Shown here: one piece after another, positions 48,676 to 62,200 of the stretch
How positions within the stretch are numbered: the stretch's first letter is position 1
Layout: each line of letters starts with the position of its first letter
Assembly (NCBI GenBank): GCA_002633005.1
Contig: NMRA01000663.1
Location: 27,391-91,390, forward strand
Length of the DNA stretch: 64,000 nucleotides
DNA from: Phoronis australis
Lineage: Eukaryota; Animalia; Phoronida
Direction: 5' to 3'
The notes under the pieces: generated by a model
What the model saw: the letters and a program-made list of their open reading frames with translations, nothing else
What the model was told of the DNA's origin: nothing
Databases searched by the model: none
Translations under genes and position numbers: made by a program

Positions 48676-51600
48676 TACGAAACACTTGTTTATTGTGTCA
48701 GTGAAGTCTTATCCAACAGTAACCGTAAAAAGGAACGAGGAGGGGACAAACACAATAGCCGATCTGGCGGACTCTCGTTTCATAAAACGGATGGGCAAGA
48801 CGGCCAGAGTTCGTTCACGGACATTTCGATGCGTTAGACAATTTCGTGTGAATTACTCCGTACGTTACGTACGATATTTTTAGAACAGCATGACTAATTT
48901 TATATCCGCAGGCACCATTGAAAAGCAGTGCCAAGCGACCATTAATTTTTAGCTTTTTAAAATTTCCCTTACTCGTAAATTGTACCTTTGCCGAACAATT
49001 TTTGAGCGAATTTACTCCATTTTCACCCCTCCATTATACCCAACTTTTTTCTCGGAACAATAGGGCCTCCATGTTTACCTGTTCCCCGTTCACCACGCCC
49101 CATTTTACTAGTATTGGACGTCAGAATTTCTTTTCATTCGTTCTTGTTCTCCACTCGCGTTTCTTGCTTACAGTCGACAGTATTCGCGCCACATCATTGC
49201 CTCTATTGTTCTTCTCCTTCAGTTCAAGAGACACAAATCTATTCTCTTGGACGCACGGCATTCCTCATTATCCAACTGATAGTGTTGGATCACTATGTTG
49301 CACGCCCAGCAGAATTAATCACAACCATACTGGTTGTGGAGAACTTTTTAGTTCTAGGTTTCAAAAAATGACATTTCTTGACCCATTTCCAAAATTCCAA
49401 ACCTATCCACGTTTACTTTTCACAAACTATTTAAATATGCTACTTAAAACTCTCAACATGTTTTGATTCTGATAAATCAGGTGATCTCCAGAGAACGATA
49501 ACAATTCTCAGCTGAAGCTGTATGGTTTCTTTGTAGATAACGGCGGATTTTAAGGTAAGCGAATCGATCCAGTTGCCGAAACACGAACAGTGAGGTATGA
49601 ACGTACATGTGTAGGATTCTTTTCATGGTGGCGAAAGCCCGAGTGTCAGGAACGCGTACAGAGCGACAAATACGTTTGGTGATATTGTGGACGGTTTGGA
49701 TTAAAGGCACACATAAAGGTTTGACAATTCTTCATGAAATTTGGTGGAACTTTCCAAGTATCACATTAATTGCAGAAGCGTGTTTTGATCTCTGAAATTG
49801 ATGGCTTCTATCTCAGGGCTTGGTATGACCTATGAGGAAAAAGTGGAAAATCTTCCACGTGACCTGTCGATCCACAAATAGGCTTGTGTGATATAAATAC
49901 TTTTTTGTGTTTTAAAACTTAACTGAAATGAACGTTTTTGCATGAATAAAGTCAAAATAATGATAAAAATAGACGAAAAATGACGAAACTGAAAACCAAA
50001 TAAGAGGAAATCGAAACCAAAAAAGAGGAAAACCTTTTAAAAGAGGAAAATTTCAAGCCCTGGCTAATTGAGCTTGAAAATGACGATGGATACTACCTTT
50101 ACAGCCCGGAACCATGTGCTACACAAGGAACACGGAACACTTGACACCCAGGTTTTAGAAACGGACACTTGAGATCATCATAATCAGCAGAAAAGTTTAA
50201 CTGGGCGTGGGTTTTGGTTGACGTAAGTACTACGTCTACGTGCACCTACGTCTCATTCCACTGCAACGTACGGTAGACCCTACATGTATGTTACAAACGA
50301 AAAAGGGGATGTATTGCGTCTACGTGCGTCTACGCCACACTACATGTACATGTACACCACTAAATCTAATAGTGGAGTTAAATACCACTCAGAGTATTTA
50401 AGTATGTAAGTATTTATATCACACAAGCTGGCAACTTCCTGATATCGGTGGATGTTTAACAGACAAAGAGTATTAGTGACTTGTGCTAAAGTCACAAAAA
50501 CAAGAGATTTTGATGTTTCATAGCTCAGATAATTGAACTTCAAGAAGTCTATGCCACCCAGCAATAACCCCAAAATGCACTTTTCAGCTTCAAAACCGTT
50601 AGTGTCCCTTTAAACAATCACTAATTAAACTATAGCCACTCAACAAAGCGTACTTCACGTCTGACATATTAACAAGACTTGAATGCACAAAAATTCCAAT
50701 ATCCAGCTCATGGGAAACTGTAAAATTGGAAAAATAACATTTGGAATGTGTTCCTGGGTGGCTAGTGTTCAGTTGCATAATTTATGTAGCTGGTACTATT
50801 GAGCCTGGAACAATAAAAGATTTCACCACGTCTGTAAACGAAGGATAATTTATGAGACCCATGTATACTAGCCATTTAGAATCTACAAATCAAAATCGTT
50901 ACTTTCAACCTCACTCTAATTACTCCACTTGGAAAATAGTTTTACACAGAGAACATGCAGTAGCAGTCTTCAAGACCTGTTAAAACAAATACAAGAGACC
51001 CAAAAGCAATTGCATCGCACAGTAGAATAATGAAATGAATCTGTTTCTGAGCTGCGTTCTGTAGACACAAGAAACTCGCGAAAAGGCATGATAACCTAGA
51101 CATCGCCTTGCACTTCAAGCAAAGTACCTTAAAACACTAGTTTTTCTCGAGAGCCTCTTGTATCTATGAAGGCAGCCATGCAAATTCAATCTCCTGGTCA
51201 AGGCAAAACGAGACAAAACCTAACAATCCACAATAAGCATTAGCCAATACTTAAACTGAGTAACCAGGCCTAAATTTTTAATATTTCTTTAGTTTCCATA
51301 TTTCGACACTGGCTTTCTAATACTGAATGTTTTTATCTAGTTACATTTAAACACACATTTGCTTAGCGGTGTCAAATTTTTATACCAGAAAGTGGTAGAT
51401 TTATTGGAAATGATATTCCCATCAATGATACTTGTTACATTTAAGTCATAAGTAGGCTTTCATGATTAGTCAAAGCTGCATCAAAATAAAAATGCACCAT
51501 CTCAACTTGTCTGCAAACAAATGCTTATTTATGTACTCAAGCTATCAGTGCTGTTTTCACCAAAAGAGGAGTTCTATTTTCACCAGGAGGCAAAATATTA

Positions 51601-53126
51601 CATATATATATAAATACTGTATGTAAAATAGTGATGGCATCTGCTAGGCATGTGACTTCTTTTTTCCTCACTAATAAGTAATTTGTAAGCCTATTAATGG
51701 TTGGGCTCATTTTATAATTAAAAGTATCACTCGTCACTGAAGACGAAAATGTCACTAACAATAAATAACTCATTTTCTCTCTCTCCTCAGAAGCAAGACT
51801 GAATTACTGCTACTGAATATCACTTGAATACAGGCTGACCTACAACTACTGAATTTTCAGTTGAATACAAAATGATCTACAGCAAACTGATTTACAGCTA
51901 CTGAAATCTAAGTTGAATACACACTGATCTAGAGAAAGACTGAATTACAGCTACTGAATTCTCAGATGAAATCAAACTGCTCCCCAGCAAGACTGGATAT
52001 AAAGTACTGAATATTCATTTACATGTAAATGCACACTTGAATATCTGTTGGTTAACAGTCATTTCGGTAGACAATCATTGTAGGCACTCCTCCCCCATTC
52101 AAAACTGACTGGATTCTTTGGAGAGATAAAGATCATTTGGACAAGTGGACTCAAAATTGGGAGATTTTGTACACAAGCCAAGTTAGCCAATTATTATGGG
52201 ACTTTTCAATAAAGGAGCAGCAGTTGCTATGCACGAGTTTCACTTTTATTGTGTTGTATTTACCCGATTTTTGTCATTCACACTAGGTGCTGACAGGATT
52301 TGCAAGCAAGCAAGTGGAACAGAAAGTGTGCACTGTTTACCACAGAGTATAATCTAGCGAAATTCTTGGCACATCAAAGGCTTGATGACGCCATCATGGA
52401 TTGAAGTGAGCTAGTGGCTATTCATGATCTTTGCTGGGCGCCGGTATATTGTGGTCGTGAACCAACTCGCCTGTTTAAGGTACGAGTTTTAAAGTCAAAA
52501 AACGAACACTAACTAAGGCAAACAACCAACAGGACTGTTTTTAAAATTGAAAAGTAAATAGTTGAATTTTTAAAATCGATGAATTATAAGACAAATTAGC
52601 AAATAGGTTTTCTTCAGTATCTTGGCGAAGCCACAAGCATTAATTTGTGAATTGGTTTAAAGACGGCTTAAGTCACAGTCTGGCTTAGGCGTAGAGGTAA
52701 AAAAACCCAAATGTTAGCGTAGGAGTTGTCTCATGCAGACTGAAAAGGCTCAACTTTTAATTACAGATTCCGCTTCATAGACTGCAAGACCAAAAATGGC
52801 TGGCACTGATCGTAATTTGTTTTTAACTGTAAGCAGAGTTATCACTGACATCCAGTCTGCTTCTTAATCCCAAAACAAAAGAAGCCAGTCCTAAAAGTCC
52901 AGGAAGTGCTGTAACTGGCTATTCAAAACTGGCACCAGGAAGAAACATTCTATGCCGATGGTTGGGAAACGAGATGTAGAGTCTCAGAAAAGAACCTGTC
53001 AGAGTGGTATTCACTAGCACATGACAACACAGCACTTAAAGCTTGTGGCACACAATGAAAATCACAACCAAACCCACAATCAAGGAATACAAAATTGCGG
53101 ACAGCATAATACATTGCCAGTGCCAC

Positions 53127-53246
53127 CTACTGGTAGTCAACGGCACTTTCAATCTCCTTCATTACTCGCAGGCATTGTTCATCTCGATACGGCAACGTGG
53201 CCACCTGAACGCTGACTGGCAAACCTACTGTGCCTTTGGACAGACC
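53127..53246 (-). CDS. FAAH: FAAH-B exon 16
   Basis: 120 nt; GLSKG...IESAVDYQ*. Confidence 0.92.
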   Translation of the reverse strand, partial: GLSKGTVGLPVSVQVATLPYRDEQCLRVMKEIESAVDYQ

Positions 53247-56200
53247 CTGCGGGATGAGAAGAAACATGATCGACAGTTGTATTAAGAGTCAAAGGGATTA
53301 CTAAACCCTGTTTTAGTGATTTCAACCAACCCTCAAACACCTGCTAATGCATTACTGGCCTCAAACTTGAATGATAAATTTAAGCAGGATTCAACTGAAC
53401 ACTCATACTCTCTGGGTCACAGATTGGATATTACAGTTCTTGGTGGGTGGTCTTACCCTCAGTTGTGATATAAGAGTAGGATACACAGTTCTTGGTGGGT
53501 GGTCTTACCCTCAGTTGTGGTATAAGAGTAGGATACACTTGCTGGTTTGGCACATTTAAAGAATTTTCGAATTTCGCTGCAAACTTTTGAAGTTTGTGGA
53601 GTGTTACAGAGCGTTATTTTGTGACATATGACAAAATGGGAAAGTACACTGTAGGTCAAAATCGGCTTTGGTATCCTTTTAACAACACAGCCATAAGATT
53701 TGAACCTTACAACTAAACTTCAACACCACAAATTGATATCCTTGGACATTTGTGGCAAGTTACTTATAGCTCACACTGGGTAGGGTGCCACATCAAAGAA
53801 TAGATGCAGCCACGTTAGGTGCAGCAAGCTCACCTCCATTACAACAGACAACAGATTCATAGCTACGATACTTTCTAATGAAAATACTAGTGGAAGCGTC
53901 ACTCAGCTTCTGGCAAACCACATTCAGATTGGAACTGCTATCTATTTTAGTGGCGTGAAAAATAAAAGAAAACATTTTAGCATTGAAAAACCGTTCATCA
54001 TCTTTCGTAGATTTTTGGTGTCATAAGTAATTTTGGACATTAGTTCCAGAAGTGCAATTGCAGAATTTAAGCTCTAATGATGCAACAAACAATCATAGTC
54101 AGAAGACGTGCATGCTCCGTGTAACTCAGGAGGCGAAGTTAACCAATAAGGATTATACAGAGTTGGCAGTCCATGTAGCTGTAACGAACGATAACATGGA
54201 CTCCAAGAGTTGAGCATGACAGTTGTCACCATGAACAATCTGCATTATCAGCATGTTATTAATGCATTCCAAAACCAAAAGGTGAAGAAAAAATGACCAT
54301 CATTTATTGGATTTCCAATTGAAAAATAACTATTGCAAGTCCTCAAATATTCAAAATCTGTTCAGTGCGCTTTACACAGAAGTCATTAAGTCATTATTGA
54401 CAGCCACACATCCACTTAATGGCCTCTATTTTCTCCACAGTGTAAATAATTGTGTAAAGTTAGAAACCCACTGAATCTCTTTCCTGCAAAAACATAGTAC
54501 AATAATGAGGCTCTAATGTTCACAGTCAAGGATTCTAATGCAACTTCATTTACATTTTATGGGGTTTCCGTCACTCTTCAGTTCAGATATATCTACAACA
54601 TTCCTCTACTTATCAGTGCCGACATCACACTACAGCAAAATCCGAGGGTGCGTAACCAAGTTGATCGGTCTTACTTTTTTCACAACGTAGTTAAACACGT
54701 CGTTGATGGGAAAGTCTTTCATAGCATCTTCGTCTTCTTGTGTTACCTTGGTAACTGGCAGAACTCCACTGGTGAAGTTCAGGAGATTATAAATGGTACA
54801 GACGGGGGACAAAGCTGGAATATAAATGCAAAGACAAACTCAAAAATAATAACAAAGAAACTTTGATAAGACTAATAAACAATAAAGGGACAGAAGTGTG
54901 TGACACATAAGTACCACCCACTATAAAGTAAAAACTGGAGGCTTTTTGAAGCATCCGGTCATGAACTGCATTTTATTTACCAATGCCACAACTCTCTCAT
55001 GATATCTAGCCAATATCACAACTTGGATTAAGTTTTTCCACAGCCATGTAACAAGTTCAAAGATAAGATTTCATGTTTAAGATTTTTAACGTGATTTTAA
55101 TAGAACATTTAAAATTGTGCAACTGCCAGACCTGAGTCAGGAAAATCAAAATTTCTTACATAATGCAGAGTCTGGATAGCCAATGGGCAAGGCAGGTCCT
55201 GCTCCTGGGCTGATGACAGCATCCAACTTTGCAGCATTCCAGTGGTCCATGTTGGCTTTTCTCCATTTCTAAGGGTTCAAAGAGCCAAAACACATTTCTT
55301 TAAGTTGAACTTCACCACATTACATATTATAGCAGACCTGCCAAGGGGGTATAACAATTTCGCTAGAGGTTCGTTGAAATTTTGCTTGATATTGGACAAA
55401 TTTGGTCAAATCTTGCTTGAGGTTCCTGGCGATATCTTCACTTACTATCAAACTTTATATATCATAAAATCTAAGACTTAATTATGTCATATTACATTAA
55501 TAAAAAACCATTTTATATCGAAAATTTACGACCAAAAAATTCATTTTGCGTGAGATAGTTTAAGGCTTGCGTGAGTGCATGAGGCAGTGGCCAAATGCAT
55601 GAGACTCACGTGAGATGCGTGAGACTCACGCGAGATGCGTAAGACTTGGCAGGTGTGTTGTAGTGAAATTTGTCTTCTAATCGCACATTTATGTGATTAG
55701 TGGACAAACAAGTTAGAAAATAACACAACACTGAGGGGTTCAAGTGAGTCATAACCAGACGGATGATCAGTGCAATGGGCCCAGCAATCCTGGTGTACAG
55801 AAGCATCAGGCCAATTGCCACTAATCTAGAAATGCATCGCATGGCAACGATATGAATATAAAGTGGTAAGCCACTTCAGAGTATTGTGGCGAAAATAATT
55901 CACTGCAAATCACCAACCCGTGTCCAGTAAGCACTCTGACGCGGACGAGGGATAACTTAGTTTGTATTATATGGCTGATGTCTGCTCACGAGGTGCACCA
56001 TTAGGGCAAAGATCATCCATTCAAAGAATCGCTAGTTTTCACATTTTACGAAATTACTAGTGAACATGGCAGTGAATGCATTCTGTGTGACAAACAGACG
56101 TAAGGACAGACAGACCGTCATGAATTTGACAACCTCTAACCCTTTGAACTAAGAAGCAGTAGCGAAAATTTAAGAATAATTAAGAAAATTAACACCGGCA

Positions 56201-59200
56201 CCCAGGGGCGGTTTTCATGAGTTAGAGTCCTTGTATTTGATGAAACTTACCTCAAATTCAAGAGTATAGTCTATTTCATCTTTTAAGGACCTAAAGTATA
56301 AATTAAACAATATTACATAATAACGCCCATATTGGTCAACACAGTATAAATTAAACAATATTACATAATAATGCCCATATTGGTCAACGCAGTATAAATT
56401 AAACAATATTACATAATAACGCCCATATTGGTCAACGCAGTATAAATTAAACAATATTACATAATAATGCCCATATTGGTCAACGCAGTATAAATTAAAC
56501 AATATTACATAATAATGCCCGTATTGGTCAACGCAGTATAAATTAAACAATATTACATAATAATGCCCATATTGGTCAACGCATACAGACCTCATCACAG
56601 AACAACAATAAATAAATTAATAGGAATAAAGTTGTAATTTATTCGCGACCTGGTGTAGCTGAGAACCGAGCTTTCGGGCCCCTCCTGGTGGGGATTTCCA
56701 GGTCATGTGGTTTTCTGTGGGTGGTACTTGGCCGTTGTCAAACACCACCTGGTGGCTACCATTTGAGAGGAGGCACTGGTAAATGACAGCTGGTAGTTCG
56801 TAGCCACTGTCTCTGCTCAACTCAGCGGCTTAATAAGTTGCTCATGACTTTGACTGATTCCTGGATTTCATTGGTTCTAATATTATTCTCTCTTGAAATC
56901 ATGAGCAACAGAGTTGAACAGAGGCAGTGGCTACAAATTACTGGCCATTTACCAGTGCCATCTCTCAAGTGACAGCCACTAGGTGGTGTTTGACGACTGT
57001 CAAGTACCACCCGGCCCACAGCTGGCCACGTGACACGGAAATCCAAACCACTACCCCGACAAAGGCCCAGGATGGGCCCGAAAGCTAGGTCCTCAACTTT
57101 ATTTCCTAACGGCATCGGCTATGAACATTCATTCCACCAATATCTAAGTGATTTATCTTACTCTACATTAGTGATGTGTTCTTATCACATTCATTGCCGC
57201 ACCAAAAACCAGATGTGTTTTGGTTCCATTTTTGGGGTGTCGAACCCTTTGCTCCTTTAATACGCAGCATTTGCCGTTGTTGGCTTTCCAAAATAGATTC
57301 ATCGCCTGGCAATTATGGTTGTTAATTCAACATTTTGCAAATTGATTATTGTGACATGAAGGAAAGAAGAAAGAGATTTGACAAAAATTGTCGAGCATGC
57401 AATTGATAATTTATTAATGAATACTTACACAAGACCACACATGGCCCTCAGGACAATAGAAGTAAAGGAGCTCTGAAAATAAAAGTAAGCAATACAAGAA
57501 AAAAAAACACCCTGGCAATCAGGAAAGCATTTTAGCCTCAAACAGGTGCTAAAATACAAATCCCTGGTGACTTCAGACATGTTTTGCACGTAACTGCTGT
57601 TACCCCATAATTAGCAATTACCACAGTGTGGCGCAGTTACTCCAGCAATATAACGTTGAATTCTTTAAAATTTCTTATTCTTCATAAAATTACATATAAA
57701 GCAAAAATTATTTATGACCCTCAGAAGAGGGACCCTTACAATAATATGGAGCCCTGCCCAGAGGTCGGTGGTCAAAGAGCGGGGCCATCTTTACTAAATG
57801 AAGGCACTCATTTTGGCTTCATTCGAGGGTAGCCACTTCTACTTTAAATGTAGAGGGCCACACACTTTTTAAGCCTGAAATTAAATTTCTTGCCTATTAT
57901 TTTAATAAGAATCAGTTATTTAAACTAACAAGCTGTTAATGATTATTAGACATTGTATTGACCTATCAGTCAATTCCAATAATGGCCGACCAATCTTGTT
58001 AGAAATGAAAGGAATTGTAATCACTCAGTAAGAGCAAACACACACCAAAATAAGAAAAAAGACGCATCAGTTGGATTTGAGCTACACAGTATCATGATAA
58101 TTCTTTCTCATGTGGTAATTGCGTACCACTACGCAACCCCTGCACACAAGGTAGCATGCAAGTGAATTGAAGGTACATTTAGTAATACCGTCAATATCAC
58201 ACATTGTCAAAATCTATTGCTGTTTAAATTTCCATTTATTTGTTTAAAATATTTCACTAGGAAATGACTTTAGACAGACCATGAGTTTGTGGTCAAAATC
58301 GTTTTATGAAATTCTTAACTAAACGTAAGTGAGAACAGTATCTTCAACCATGTCCCCATCACCACCTGACATCTCAGAACTCACCAGTGGCTTCAACAAA
58401 TAAGCCAGCAGCAGCTTTACATGTCTGGGCAACAGCAGGGTGTAATATGTCATCTGTATAGGTGTAGAGACAGAGTCGCCACGCCTGAAAGCAGTAACAC
58501 AAATGCAAAATATTAGAATTGCCACTAGGGGGCACAGCAATGGTCCGATCCATCCGAAAGTCATTGTTGTCCGTTATCATATCCATAGCAACGGCATCAC
58601 CCAATTTTCAAGAAGATCCTCCAGGAGGTTTCGGAGATATAATCGAGGACGGCAAATGCCTAGACAGAGATGACATCAATATTAACCATCGTATCTTGAT
58701 TGTACATCGTGACATGAAATTGTCATTTACATATTACCCTCTGGATCAACTCATTACCCAAACCGCTTGTTTGCATATCTTTTGTGTTGCTTATGTCACA
58801 AGTCGGGTGGAGATATTTGACTCGCACTGCTCTCCTTATCAGCCAAGCAGCTGAAAGCAATTTAATTTTGATGTACAAAAACCCAGTTATAGTGAACTGA
58901 TTTTTATGACTTGCACACCGATTCCGGTTACTTCTAATGTCCTGCATACTAATTGTGGTATCATGAATTCCTGAAATGACTAGTTTTTAAAAAACAGTTT
59001 TTACTTTAGGCAAGGCTGTTTATGACATTTTATGATATGGCTCGCAACGCTCGCTTAACTGTGTTGACCGTGTATGGAAATACATTTTCAATGAATATCG
59101 CTGACCGAAATTAAGTATGGCACATAATAGTGGCCGTGGTATCTGGACCTTGCCTGTACGTAGGCAGATGAAAGTCAGTGTAAATGATTTGGGCGCATCG

Positions 59201-62200
59201 ACAGAATATTTTAGCAACGAGTTTCCTTTAAAAATTCATTAGTTAATTTTCAAATTATAACAATAACATCATCTCCAAAGCCATGCCAAGTGTCAATATT
59301 CCTCTCTCTTGTCACCCTGTGAATGAGGAGCTGCAACTTTTATGTAAAACAAGAATTTGATTAATTGATTATAAATAAACAAAATTAATGTAAAAGAAAA
59401 AAGATCGTATTTACTAAGAGAATATAATATTCTGCACCTACATATATTTAGTAAGGGTTGTCATTTGACTGCCACATTTTATATATCGTAATATTTACAA
59501 CAGCCACAATCAGCAATGATTTCCGCCCACCATGTGCAGTACGAGACACTCATTTTTGCAATTATTATTTTCAAGTTGTCAGATCCATTAAAAAATCAAC
59601 ATCAGTTATAGTCCTATTATTACGAAAATGTTGGTCAAATTTCATGCCTGCGTGTGAAGATCCACCATAGAACTTGGTAGATATCAAGACGGATGTCCCT
59701 AGAAGACTTACACAGTAGTCAACCCATCCACAAAGTTAACCAAAAACCATGTCCAAAAGATTTATCAACTAAGGAACTTGGTGGAAAATACACCAGATGC
59801 AAAGAAAGCTAAGATTGCCACTTGGAGGCACCATGACAGTAATCAGACTTTTCTGAAAATTAATGTATGCATGTCTGAGTTCTCTGCTAACTGTTGTGCT
59901 TCCATGATGATTCTCTAAGCAGTTTTTTGAATAGAGAGGTGAATGCCAAAACACAGTCAAGAAAACATTTAACAAAAATTACCACTGAGGTCACCTGCGT
60001 ATTACAAACCTGTGCGAAATTTCATGAAAATCTGCCAGTGCATTTGGTAGAAACCATAAAAAACAATTGCAAAAATGCTAAAATTTCCACTAGGTGGCAC
60101 AACAATAGCTGAGTTTGTCGGAAAGTAGTCCTCATTCATCGTCACATTGAAAGATTAGCCAGAAATTTTTGCTTCCAATTTCACCAACAGTTTTGTGACA
60201 GTCTAAAATAATAATTAAAGAGCTGCTGAATTAAGGCTTCTGAATCTTCTAGTTTACCACGATTCCACTATTTGATAGCTGATAACAAGCATTTGTCACA
60301 GAGTGACTATACTGTCCTCAACACATGCAGGTCACAAAACTACTAACACCTCTCTGCAGATTCCTTACACGAAATATCGAGCCAACATTTTCCACAACAA
60401 ATTGACCTTCTTGCTGTGACCTTGAAACTTAAGTAATGTCAAAGTAACTAAAAATAACACATCAGTGTAAAATATTAACAAAATTTGCAGCTTCCTTTTG
60501 GAGATATCGCGGCAACAACATGTCGTCATACAGACGTACGGTCGTGACTACTATGTCCCCCACTTTGTGCTAACACCTGGTCAGGGGGACAGCATGCATT
60601 CATGTCACTTACAGGTAGTCAAGGATTTCTTGGCCTTGATTGGGGAAAAGTCCTTGGCAAAAAAAATCTGTAATACCCTTGGAGTACTCATGCGGTTGCC
60701 ATGGAACCACCTAAAATAAACCAACACAAACATAACCTGTTAACAGAGGCTGAGACACAATTAAAGCCGTAATTCCACTGTCAGAAGATGTCAATTTAAG
60801 TAATCACGTACGCCGTAAATTGAAGATTTTTTTACCGTGACCATTCACTGCCTTTAATTTGGGTCAAAAATATTTGCTACGATTGGCATTTTTTGGAGGC
60901 TTCGTATAATGCAGCAATTAAAATGCTGAAGATTTTACCATAATGTTGTTTGGTGACGACTACAACAAAATTTCCTGAACATTAGACATTACATATCCAA
61001 ACAGAAGGTATCTTAACGACAATGCTTTTCACTGGTTGGGATAATGATTACAATTGCCACTTTTCACAGCGCCTGCACTCTTATAACAGACTTCTTTTGT
61101 TTGAGGATTCAGGAATACATAAGGTTGTCAACAATAACCACTGCCTGTTGGTGTCAACACTCTTTCCCATCCCAACCATTTTAAATAGCGGACTTTGAAG
61201 ACCAAATCCATAATTCAAAATAAATCTTCATTGTTTGAACATCAAAAAATGGTAAACTACAACCCAAGAAAGGAACAAGAGCAACGAGGAGTGTTGAAAT
61301 GCCCCAAAAATGCACTGCAAACGGTGTGCTTCTAGGGAATCCGATGTTTATTAATTTTGTAACATAAAAATGGGCACTAGATGGTGCAAAATACTTTGAA
61401 TCCATTGAAAAACGGGAAAAAGTCTTTTTTTCTTTAACAAAAAGCTAAGTATTTATATGAAAATCTGTTAAGGAACTTCAGAGAAACATAAGAAAACATA
61501 ACAGAAAAAATGAAATTGCCAATAGGGGGCGCAGTGTTCGTCGAATCTGTCTGAAAGTCATCATTTTCTGTTGCCAACTTCATATAAATACATGCACTAA
61601 GTTTAATAAGGATCCTGCAGACGAATTAGACGATACATCTATGGGTGCAAAAACTGCCAATAGAAGGCGCCACAGTAATCGAAGTTGGAAAATCATCGTC
61701 AAACGTTCTCTTAATAGTAAGAACAAACAATTTTCACAATATCCTTATAGTGGTTTGGTAAATAGAGGGGCGGACGCAAAATGCCTCGAATCCATCCGAA
61801 AACGGAAGCATAGCGTCATCTCATAAATAGATGCCTAGGTGCCAAATTTCATGACAATTGGTTACGGACCTTAAGATACAGAGAGAAACATAAAAAACTA
61901 AAATTGCCACTGGAGGGCACAGCGGTATTCGGGTTGGTCCAAAACTCGTCACTCTCTGTCGTCAACCCCATAGGAACACACCTACCAAATTTCAATAAGA
62001 TCCTGTGAGGGGTTTAGAGGATACAGCAGCAGACGCCGGACGCCCAGACAGAGATGATGGCAACATGCACCCACATATAAATATGTGGGCGCATAAAAAT
62101 CACAAGCACTGCAACTGTTGTATCAACCCATATGATCTGCCTAAAGTATATAAACAACACAATCGTGGTGAAATTTGACTTGTGTACACCAATGAACTAT

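Noticed and set aside
48918-49466. 182-aa ORF (and 41170-41589, 139 aa)
   Set aside because: Non-ATG starts with no motifs; the first is F/S/L-rich and not open in the paralogous segment, the second is antisense to FAAH exon 1.
56215-56598. 127-aa ORF with CVDQYGHYYVILFNLY repeats
   Set aside because: Translation of the intronic 48-bp minisatellite running into FAAH-B exon 13.
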